From Takakia lepidozioides (Eukaryota; Plantae; Bryophyta), in contig CM060734.1 in the NCBI GenBank assembly GCA_030704615.1, forward strand, positions 45,632,001 through 45,696,000: a stretch of 64,000 bases of DNA, in the 5' to 3' direction. The notes below the pieces were generated by a model. The model saw nothing but the letters and a program-made list of their open reading frames with translations, did not search any database and was not told the origin of the DNA. Within the stretch, counting starts at the first letter, position 1, and the number at the start of each line of letters is the position of its first letter. Shown piece after piece: positions 31,548 to 43,500 of the stretch. Both the position numbers and the translations under genes were made by a program.

Positions 31548-34500
31548 ATGAATGTTTCCAGGACTTTGTTTGGATGGTCTCCCCCACATATGCAGCCATT
31601 GACGCCTGTGTCGGAAGTTTCGGAGCCACCCGAATCTCCCTATCCACACCTTTATGGAGGTTTAGATGCTGGAGAACCCGTGAGTATTCCAATTCACCCT
31701 AGTTGTAACTCTTAGGTTGTTCTAAACTACATAATGCTCAACTGTACCAGCTACTGCTGCTTTTCTTATGTTTTGGTTGCCCCATTAGCAGCTGGTACTG
31801 GGGTTGTTGTGAGGACATCAGCGCAGAATTGGACACATGACATCAGATGAGGAGGAGCTGTACTTTGAGCCTTTTTGGTTGCATGACACTGAAATCATAC
31901 ATGACATGTCACCTCGAATTACCTTCTGATACGGTTCTGGGCACTCTGTGCTCAGGATTTCAAGTAATTTATGGTATTGCTTTAGTCCAGCTTCAGATTG
32001 AGGCTTTGGCTCCTCCCTATGTTTTCGGCTGGTCTCTGGTCACACAGTAAGCTAGCCAATGTGTGATCGAGGCAGCAGTTTATCACCAGTTGTTGCTATC
32101 TCTCTGAAACTATGGATATGGTCAACCCAAGCTTCACTGAGCATTTCAGTGTCCGGAGCATTGTGCCACTTACCTCCATCCCTTCCTTTCACGACAGAAC
32201 TGGTCATCATAGAAATTCTATGAGGATTGGGCAGTAAGCTAGTAAAATTGTGATTGAGGTGGCCAGTTCATGACCATGCCCAACAATGTTGCTATTGCCC
32301 TGACACACTGAGTACTCAATCTTCCCAATCTTCATCAAACCCAATCTTCACAGTGAGTACCCAATCTTCATCAAACATATGCAGTATCCAGAGCATTGTA
32401 CCCCTTACCTCCATCCTTTCTTGTCATAACAACAAATTGGTCGTCACTGAACCTTAGGAGGACAGGAACATAGGCTGCTGAATGCGAAGGAGTGAAGATT
32501 GTCATGTCTGAATTTTCGTCCTCTTTCGTATTGTGGGCTGGTACTTGCCGCATCTCCAAGGCTCAAAGTTGCTTATGCTTCATCCTTCTTCGTGTAACTT
32601 GCTCCATCTTTTTTCCTTTATCTTGTCTGGTTCCCTGCATAGTCCATGAGTTAACAGATGCGGCGCACTGGAAACTTCTGCTATGATGTGCAGATAGAAG
32701 AAGGGGAGGAGGTAGAGGAAGGGGATATCCCCCATCTCCCAGCGATTCCTTTTTTCAAGCTCTTTTCACATGCAGATGCTTTTGATCTGGGGCTTATGAC
32801 TTTGGGGAGTGTGGCAGCTGCTGTGCATGGTGCTGCACTCCCTGCCTATTTATACAACTTGGGAAAAATCATCAACTTGTTAGCATTGTATCAGCAGCAA
32901 TTGAGTTTGAACAGCCAGCATCAGCTATCCCCCAGTTCACATCACATCTTGGCCAATGAGTTGTGCAAGGTGGTCTTCTCCTCTCGTTTTCCCCCTCCTC
33001 TTCCTTTTCATTGTGGTATATTTTTTCAGCGATCTGTTGAAGTTTATATTGAAGAGGGTGGTTTGTTGCATTCGATTAACACGCAACAATTTAACAAGTT
33101 AGGGGACTTTCTACTAGTCTCACATTTTCCCATGTCTTGGTGAATGCAGCGAGCCCTCTACACTTTATGTATTGCTGCATCAGTGTTTGTTGCTGGTTGG
33201 ATTGGTTAGTGTCTTCAACCCTGCCGTTTCTATTTGTGATGAGGGAGGCTGTAAGAGAGGGCATGAGGGAGGAGGTTGGGATCTGGTGTTTGATATCAAC
33301 ATAACATCTTTTTGATATGATGTAGAATTTGATATTGTGCTTATCTGGAAAAATGCTGAATGACTTGAGACAGCTGAGAGGCTTGCAGTGGAGACTGACA
33401 AGTTGGTGAGCTCCCATGCTTGAAAGTTGACATGAGTTTGTATTGCAGAGGTGGCCTGCTGGCTCTATACAGGCGAGAGGCAAACCGCGGTCATAAGGTC
33501 CAGAGGTGTACAAGTGCTACTGAAGCAGAATCTAGAATACTTTGACAATATTGCTGGAGATGGAATAGTTGTGAGCCAAGTTTCAAATGACGTCCTTGCT
33601 GTTCATCGTGCCATTAGTGAGAAGGTAAGGAAGTGGATATTTTGGTTTGTCCTGCAGTCTAAAGCGTGCCCATAGGGTTCCTTGATGTGTCATGGCAGGG
33701 AGGTTCTCTCCTATAAATCACTAACAGTTGCATTTTGTAGGAATTTTTCGAACCTCTGCTATCTATTTCCACTTAAGCTCCTTGAGACTTTTGGGAACCA
33801 TTCATAGACAATCCCCATGCCCCTCTGGCAAGTAGAGGGAACTCAGCTAAGCAGGCCCTTGCTGTGTGCATGGGCCCCTGTACAACCTCACTGGCCAATG
33901 GTTTCCCATCTGGTGGTCCTTGGTGGCTTACAAAAGTGGGGGCTAACTCAGCTGGTATAGTGTACAGTTCTTTGTAACAGTTGGAGCATGCTCTGGGTGG
34001 TTAATGCGTTCTACAGTCTCTCTAATCATGCTTTTTCTCACCTTCACCCCAGTGCTCCTTCCACCAGGCATGGGGAAGCCACAAGGCCAAGCCAATCATA
34101 GTCTAATTCATACATCTCTTTCTCTACGGATTAGAGAATCACTAGGAGTTTACTTGTAGTTTTGTGGTAGTCTTGGCTGGTTGTTGCTCCCAACTATTCT
34201 GTTCATTATATCTTCTCTTTTCTTTCTTCCGTAAGCTCTTGAGGTTCCCGTGGACATTAAGTTTCTCACTTTCTCTCTCTCCCATGTGAGATCGTTGAGG
34301 TCCAAAAGCAGCTATTGCAGGACTTATGTCCACAACTCAATGATTATGTGCAACAAATGTGGGGATAAATGAACCATTCCACTCTCCAGAAACCAATTCT
34401 ACAAAACCTTCCTTGTCATGAGAGACAGCTGCACCTTTGTGCCTTCCTACCTCTCTGCTGAGTTCCGAATGTCACTCATGCGACCAGGGCAGTTTCAGAG

Positions 34501-37500
34501 TTGGTGGAGTCTGGTCGTTGGGTGCCCATCTGTTCTACTCATGTTTCTTCTCTTGTCTTTGTTCCAGAAGCTCTCCGAGCTTCCCCTGGATGTTACGGAG
34601 GTTCTTTCTTGGTCCTCCATAAGGATAATTTTGCAGCCGAATTACCCGTCTGCAGCTCTATCTCCCTCTGTTCTAAGGGCATTTGGGAGGTTCAGGGTGG
34701 GCTCCCACCGTCTGCAAATAGAGATTGGTAGGTGGGACAACCTGCAACGTGAGGACCGCCTATACCCTGCTTGCGCTGGGAGCAACAGGGAAATCGAAAG
34801 TGAAGATCATTTCTTCTTTCGGTGCCCTTTCTATTGTGAGATCTGTGAGAGATTCAATTGTCTATTCCATGATACCCAATCTCTCAGGGAGGTCTCCTTG
34901 ACGAGGATCAGAAATGCTTGGCAGCTGGAAGAGGGCTAATCAGAGATTACCAAACAAACTTCCACGGGAAACGGATAGGGGGACCAAGGAGACAGCTCAC
35001 TGCATCTGCAATCCCATGAAGACACCTTCCTAATTAAGAAACAATCACATCATGATACCTTCCTTCCCCACTATGAAGTTGTCCACACCACTGACAAGGG
35101 CTTTTGACAACTTGCAAGTCGATTCTCACAGGATTGTATGGTCATAAACTAGCTCATAAGATAGGATGTCCAACTAATACCCCATCCCCACTACAAGATC
35201 AGGGAAAGATTTTGGTGTCTTCTGAGGGATTTCTTTGACCTGGCTCAAGTTAGGACCCAAAGTGAAATTGCAGAACCACCAATGATTGGTGATCTGGCAA
35301 CTCCTCCGGGGAATGGAGACGAGTTTGGGGGAGTGGGCACTGTGCATGGGTTCTATCTCTCTTCAATGTGTGGGGATTTAAGTTTTTCCTTAGTTTCTGT
35401 GTTGGTCCTCCTGGCATCCCAAGGACCTAATAAATGTGTACCTCTTCTTCCTCTTCATTTTTTCACACACAAACAAACATAATGATATAGCAATTTACAC
35501 AGCTCCACTTTCACTGTGTAAGGGGTTTTAGTGCACTCTTCTGTCTCCCTTCCTTCCCTGTAACTTGGGGTGCTGATCCTTCCCTCTTGAATTTATTATC
35601 TAGCTCTGACCCCTCCTCTCAGCCTGCTCAAGAGTCTATGGTTTGATGTAACAGTGAGGAGTGCGGAACTAAATGTAGCAGTTTATATTTGTGGGGGAAC
35701 CATGGAACAGGTGGGCAATTACATCCACAACATGGCAACATGTATTGGAGGCATTGCAATGGGGTTTATCAGCTGCTGGCAGATATCCCTGTTAATGCTG
35801 GGCACTGGACCCTTTATTGTTGCTGCAGGCATGGTGTCCAACCTCTTCCTTTCCCGCTTTGCTGAACATGTCCAAGAGTCCTATTCTCAAGCCGCGCGCA
35901 TTGCTGAGCAGGTTGGTGGATTCATCCTCATCTCATTCTGATGGCCTTAATTCTGAGCAGTATCAACTTGTGAAGATCTGATGCCATGTATTTTAAGATT
36001 TACAAAAGCTTTGCAGCGATGACAGTGACTGCTAAACATACGTGGCTACTGCTGCACTGTGATGTTCTCTTATGGCACGTCCTCTAGGAAGCCTATTGAC
36101 ATTGGGTGGACTTGAAACGGGAGTACATTAATGTCTCTGTGACTAAATGCCGGCCTTGTGACCTCGTGTCCTTGTTTGTTTCGACCTGAAGCGCTTTGCT
36201 TCAGGTAAGGTAGTGCATTGGATTTAGTTGGAAAGCTTGGGGCCTTTCCCTCTTTAGAATATGCCTACACGGGCCATTCCCTGCAACTCCCTGGAGTGTG
36301 ATCTCTGAATGGTAACAAGCGGACTCCTACCGCTTGGGGGCAGCCCCTCCGCCCAAATTGGGCAGTCGTATGCTCTGTCTAGCATACTCGGCACTTGGGC
36401 TCGGGTTGGTTCCTGTGCTGAAACTTATGGCCTGCGAAAACAATCAAAAATTTAGCTCCTATCAACATCAACACTCCTCAGGGTGATCCCTGGGAATTGG
36501 TTACTTATGCCAAATCTAGGGCTTCATGTGTAGTTTTTGGGGTGAATCCCAGGATGGACGATGTGTCCTTTAAAACTACATGCTCTAGCTTAGGCTTGGA
36601 TTTCATTTCTAATGGTACCATCTCGAGACTTGATAACAGGGGTACGTTGAAGGTTGCAATGACCTTTAGTGCTTCTAATAGAGTCCTGCATCAATTCAAT
36701 CTCAAAGAAGTTCGTCCCTTGACTGGCTGGAGAGCGGTCTTAGACTTTGGTGATTCAATGGGGCGCTCTAGGAAGACAACCAAGGGCAACAACTTCAACT
36801 TGAGAGTTTCTAATCAGTTTGATGCTCTGGATGAGGTTGAATCCAAACAGCCAGAAGGACAAGATGGCCCTAAGTGTACGGAACCTGAACGTCCTGAATC
36901 TGAAGGATTTGGTACTCTGAATGGCTTACCAATCCTCAAGGTTTACACAAGACAAACAAATTCTATACACGGGGTAATTGTCCCAAGCCGTCAGATGGAC
37001 AATCTGTCCCTAAGTGTGCAGAGCCTGAACGTCGTGTAACTGAAGGATTTGGTACTCTAAATGGTTTACCAATCCTCAAAGTCTACACAAGACGAGCAAA
37101 ATCTATACACGGGGTAATTGTCCCCAAGCAGTCTGACGGACAATCTGCCCCTATGTGTGTGGAGCCTGTGCGTCGTGTAACTGAAAGATTTGGTACCCTG
37201 AATGGTTTACCAATTCTCAAAGTTTACACAAGACGAGCAAAATCTACACATGGGGTAACTGTCCCCCCTTTGCAGAACGGTTGGCCGTCCAGGAGCAATC
37301 ACAAGCTACCTAGACGACAAACAATTCACACGCAAAGGGCTGGCTTGCGGCTGGCCACTTTCAACTTCTCAGGGTTGACCAACCAAAGGAACAACTTGAA
37401 GTGGGACAAGTTCTTCGGACTAATGATATTCATATCTGTGCTGGGCAAGAAACATGGGAAACGTCGGATAAACTGGTTGGAGATGTCATTGGTTATAAAT

Positions 37501-40500
37501 GGGCAGGTAAGATGTGTACTCTTAAGGCAGCCTCTGCCAAACGCGGTCAAAAAGGGTCGGATTCTTTGTCCGTGATTTCTTGTTTGACAATTGTGAAATT
37601 ATCAACAAGGGTTTGAGGTACGAGCATAGTATCTGGCTAAAACTGAATTTGAAGGGCGGCATGAGTACAAAGGACCTCTTTGTTGGTTGTGTTTACATGC
37701 CCACAGAGGGGACCCTTAGTGCTGACGCAGACAAGGCCTTCGAAGATGTAAAGCTGGACTGTGCTTCGTTCCTTGCCAAAGGTCAGGTGGTACTATTGGG
37801 GGACTTCAATGCCCGGGTGGGCAAAGGGATCCATCAGGACGATATCATTGGACCTTTTGGTGAGGACGAGCTGAATTCTAATGGCAGACGGTTAATTAAC
37901 TGTCTAGAAGAGCTTCAGCTTTTGACCTTGAATAACAGGACAAGAGGTGGCCAAGTGCAGTGGACTCGTGAGAAACCCCAAACTGGGGAACGTTCCATTG
38001 TGGACTATATCATAATGGACAAAATTTTGTTCCCCCAGTGTGCCAATGTGTTGATCGACAGAACTGATATTGGTACCTCTGACCACTTCCTGGTTTGGAC
38101 TGAGATCAAAAGGTGTTTTCCCACCACCAAGAGATCTGTGAAACGTTCGATTCGGAAGTTGCGCATAGAAAAATTCCACAATGAGGAGGTCAAGGCTGAG
38201 TACGTCCAGGCCTTGCAAGAGGCTCTCCCTCATTTTGTCCAATCGCTCCAAGAACTCCAGTCACGCTCTGTTAACGCAAGAAATGAAGTCGAAAGAGCAG
38301 TGGACTCTTGGGAGAGTTTCGTTTCCTCCGTGGCTGACAAGATCATTGGGAGGAAACTAATTGTCTGCGGTAGAGCAGTTAATTGGTGGACTACTGAGAT
38401 TAAACTCAAGATAGCTGAGAGACGAGCCCTCTATAAAGAGTGCTGCAATTTGGAAACCAACAGAGAATCGTGGGCGAGGTACTACCAGCTCCGTAAAGAT
38501 ATCAATCAGCTTGTTAGGTCTCAGAAGAAATTATACTGGGACAAGTTATACAGTGAAATAAACTCAAACCACCATGGTGGTAATGACAAGAAATTCTGGT
38601 TGGCCCTTCAACGTTTGTACAAACCGAAAAACGGTCAGCAAGTACAAGCGCTGAAGACTACTAAAGGTGCAGTGGTGACTTCATCGGTTGACATTGTCAA
38701 AACCTTTGAAACCCACTACAGTATCCTTGGCAGAACTTCTAGGTCTAACAATGAGGGGTCTTCTGCTGAATGGAGGGACACAGTTGGAAAAACTGTTCCT
38801 ATGATTCAAAACAGCCCTGATGAACTGGAGTATATTTCAATGGCTTATAATGCTCCCATTAGTTCTTCTGAGATTGTGGAAGCAATTGAACATTTAAATG
38901 GATATAAAGCTGGTGGACCTGATGGTATTGTCAACGAGCTTATCAAGCACGGTGGCGATCCCATGATAGAGGCCCTAGTTCTCCTCTTTAACCTTATCTG
39001 GAAGACTGAAATGATCCCCTTTCGCTGGCGACAGGGGGTCATTGTCAATCTATACAAGAAGGGTGACAGAGAAGAACCGGGGAACTACCGTGGCATCACG
39101 CTCCTCAATGCTGTTGGCAAGACATTCTGCAGAGTTATAAGTACTCGTCTCGAGGTTGATCTGGAGTCTAGAGGTTGTTTCCACGAAGGCCAAGCTGGCT
39201 TTCGGCGAAACAGGGGCTGTGTGGATCATATCTTCACTCTAAGCCAGATTATCCAGGGAAGGAAAAAAGAAGGGAAACCCACTTATGTCTTTTTCCTTGA
39301 TGTCAAAAAGGCTTATGACACAGTGTGGAGAGATGGCCTATGGTTCCGCCTCTGGTCTTGTGGGATCAAGGGAAAGATGTGGAGAGTTGTCCACAACTTG
39401 TATGCTCACACCAAAAGCTGTGTCACTGTTAACGGACAGAAGTCCAACTTCTTTGACATAGACCAAGGTGTAGCTCAAGGATGTACTCTCTCCCCTCTGC
39501 TCTTCAATGTTTCATCAATCAACTCCTCGAGGATGTGGAAAGTGAGGGATTTGGGTTAAGGGTGGGTGATACCACCATACCAGCCCTTATGTTTGCGGAT
39601 GACTTCGCAGGCATAGGGGAGACTCCAACCAATCTCCAGGAGTTGATTGATTGCGCGAAGAGATACTTTGATCTTTGGGGGCTAGAGGCTAATGTCAGCA
39701 AATGTGCAGTGGTAGCATCGACGACAGAGGAGAGGGAGGAAGTGATCTTAAGTGGCAGTGGGGTAGCCAAGAGATCCCGGTCCTCCCTTCCTACACTTAC
39801 CTGGGCGTTGAGTTCTCCTCCAATTGTAATTGGGATGCACATATCCGGAAAGTTGTTCAAACTGGCAAGGGCAAAGCTCTGGGGCTCACTAAATTTTTCC
39901 ACTGCAGAGGGGTCAACTCTGAGGTTAAGAAAACCATGCTTTGTCACGTTATTAGACCTGCCTTGGAGTACGGATCTGCTATATGGGTTGATAACTCCAA
40001 CCAGGCTAAGTCTCTAGAATCCATTCAAGTGGGGGTGCTTAAGGAGTGTATGTCAGCATGCTCCAAAACAGCCAATGTGGCTGTTCGGGGTGAGTTTGGC
40101 ATTCCGTCCTTAAGCTCCCGACGAGATGAATTCAAGGTCAGATGGTGGGGTCAGCTGCAACATATGCCCAACACCAGATATCCTAAATTAATCGACTCTA
40201 TATCTTGGAAACAGGACCGCCCTGTCAAACAGGCTAAGTCCTGGCAGAAGACAGTAGAAGAGATCCTCAAGGACCTGGACCTGGATCCGCAAGTCTTGAC
40301 CCTGCTGGATAAATCTGACTTAGAGGCTGTAGTGTCCTCAGCCATGTCTGTTGCCATGAGATTGTCTGATGAAAATGAAGTTAGGCAGAAAACTTCCCTG
40401 AACTTGTTTCAGTCTGTGACATGGGGGAGGACATCTTGTATGACCTCAAGGGTCTACCCACTCTCGGCACTAGACTGAAATTTAAACTCAGGGCAGGAAG

Positions 40501-43500
40501 CCTACCTTTGAACAGCAAACAGAAGCAGAGAGGAAAGGGAGAGTGCAATTGCCCGTTGTGTGGGCAATCTGAAGACAGTATTCATTTTCTGATACACTGT
40601 CCGGGGTTCTCTCACCAAAGAGACGCTCTCTTCAAATCTATTAAGGGAATTGTGCCTGTACCCCTGTTTACCAACTTTGAAAGTCTCGAGGCTGAGCCAA
40701 AAGCCCAGGCCCTCCTGAGGCCTAGTTTTTGGGCAAATCACACACAGCAGATTGATGCTTGTGTGAAGGGATTTCTAGAGGATATCTGGAAAACCCGGAT
40801 TAATTCTTTATATGGAGGTAAGTCTTACTACCAACGTCAGCCCCTGACAGAGGTAGGTTCTGTCCCTTTTGTTCCCGATCAAACTGGGCGCGGGGTCAAT
40901 GGCCACAAGGCTACGGCAAACAACGTCTTATGAGTACAATCTTATGGCATGTGGAATTGGTCAGAAAAATGTCTTGGTATATTCTTAGACATATGAAGTA
41001 TATTGTGACATTAGTGTCTCACATTTGTGCTATCTCGTTATAGGATTATGCAGCTTTATTGGAGTGTCTCGTCTCTTTGCAGAAAGATGCGTGCTATCAG
41101 CTTACTGTCACAGATTTGTGATCTCTGGAGGGTATGGCATGAGGTGTAGAGAACAGACAAGGGTGTGGTGTGAGATCCTTTGGATCAACCCATGACACAA
41201 TTTTTGATGGATTGCACCGCAGGCAATTTTGTACGTACGAACAGTATATGCGTTTGCCAATGAGACAATAGTAAAATATGCTTTCGCAAACGCACTCCAA
41301 TCTACTCTACGTTCCGGGATACAAATCAGTCTTGTCCAAGGGCTTGGACTGGGATTTGTTTATGGTATTGCCATCTGCTCATGTGCGCTGGGATTGTGGG
41401 TGGGGAGGTTTCTTATCACACATCACACAGCAAATGGTGGCCAGATTGTTATAGCGATATTTGCCATCATTCTCAGTGGCTTGTAAGCAATCCTATCCTG
41501 AAAGAGAGTAGTTATTTATTCCCCCTCTCCCCTTTCCCCTCACCCTTCTTTTCATACCCTCTTTCTCCCCTGAACGTTTCGTTCTTTCTTGTCTCAAATG
41601 TGGCGAGTTGAAAAGTTAAAAAGTTGGCTTTTTGCGTAGATTCAAGTCTCTGAAAGTCAAACTTATGTCGATTTCTTGATTGTGATAGAGGTTTAAACCA
41701 GGCGGCGACCAACTTTCAGGCTTTTGAGCAGGGGCGGATAGCAGCATATAGACTATTTCAAGTGGTAAATCGGAAGTCTCCATCAACTAATAGTGGAGCT
41801 ATTGGAGGGAACACTCTAACAGATGTACATGGCAACATAGAGCTTCGCAATGTCTACTTCAGCTATCCATCTTGCCCGGACGTACCTATATTAAGTGGGC
41901 TTTATCTTACTCTCCCTGCAAGAAAGACACTGGCACTTGCAGGAAGCAATGGTTCTGGAAAGAGCAGTGTCATTGCCCTTATAGAGCGCTTCTATGATCC
42001 AACACTCGGTGAGAGCATGATATTATTTCTGAACATGATTATTGTTCCCTTCTCCCCCTCCTCCAGATTCTCTTTTCTTCCTCTCTCTGTGTCTCTCTCT
42101 CTCACAGGCCAACGTCTTATTAGTACAATCTCTCTCTCACAGGCCCAAGGCCCTCATCCGGCTTACAATCTTTCTCCATAGATTACAGGCCCTTCCACCC
42201 AAGGGGCTCGTGGCAAGGGCCCTCGCAACATCTATGAGGCTCAAAGCTGCAGGTCTCATGAACTCCTGGTATGCTCGAGTGGACAGTTTATTCCAACGCA
42301 ACGGACTCTCTTCTGCTTCCCTATTACCAATGAATCCAGATGAGGTGGACATCACATCCAGACATGACCGTAACAGACTCATTAGGAGAGAGCTTATGGA
42401 ATTACATGTCAAGAGAACTTGGAAGCTACCCAATCTCACGACAAAGCTCCACTTCTATCGAGAGACATTCTGGGTGCTCCGAGATGATAGAATCTTGAGA
42501 CCAAATTACCTTTCAGCATCCTTATCTCCTTCCCTCCTGAGGGCAGTGGGGCGGTTCAGGGTGGGTTCCCACAACCTACGGATAGAGACTGGCAGATGGG
42601 AAAACCTGCAACAGGAGGACCGCCTATGTCCAGCTTGCATAGGGCGCAGCCAGGAAATTGAAACTGAAGAACACTTCTTCTTCTACTGCCCTCTATACTA
42701 CGAGATCCGTGGGAGATTCCACTGCTTATTCAGTGGAACCCAAACTCTCACTGATGTCTTCCACGATAAGGATCAAAAATGCTTGGCAGCCTACCTGCAC
42801 GAGGCCTTCACCCTTAGACAATCGCTAGAACATTAGTTCTTATTCTTGGGTTCTGGATTTGTTCCTCTCTCATGTTTTCTTCCATTTTGTCCCATAAGCT
42901 CTATGAGCTTTCTGCGGATGTTATAAAACACCATTTCATTTCATTTCTCTCACACACAAATATAGCCCTAACACGTACAATGCGATAGTGTCTGAATGAA
43001 GTTATCAAGCAGTACATCAATAACTGTATCTTGTGTGTTTAATATCTCACCATATTGCCCTCTTTCTGAATTACAGGTGAAGTACTTTTGGATGGAGAGA
43101 ATATTAGGAACCTTCGGGTGGAGTGGCTGAGGGACCAAATAGGGTTGGTGAGCCAAGAGCCAGCTCTCTTCGGTGGGAGTGTTCTCGAAAATATTCTCTA
43201 TGGTAGGGAAGCTACCATGGATGAGGTCGAGGAGGCTGCAAAAATAGCACATGCCCATACCTTTATCAGCTCCCTTCCAAATGGTTATGAATCGAAGGTA
43301 CTCGGCCAAGCAGTAGCTGGGTTCTCAGGTGGCTGGGAAGGGAAGAGAGGTGAAAGGAGAGAGAGAATTGGGGTGAGGATAAATGGACATCAATGACTGA
43401 AGGGCTGTGCATATATATATGCAGGAAGGCAGACGTTCAACATTAAACTAGTGGGAGATAGAGGTGATAGGAATAAGAAGTAGCAAGAGACTTGGAGGCA

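Noticed and set aside
36176-36210. Minus-strand hammerhead (stem followed by CGAAAC)
   Set aside because: No CUGANGA upstream of the stem and no stem I/III pairing.
36857-37266. CRISPR-like array
   Set aside because: Contiguous coding tandem repeats with no unique spacers, in eukaryotic DNA.
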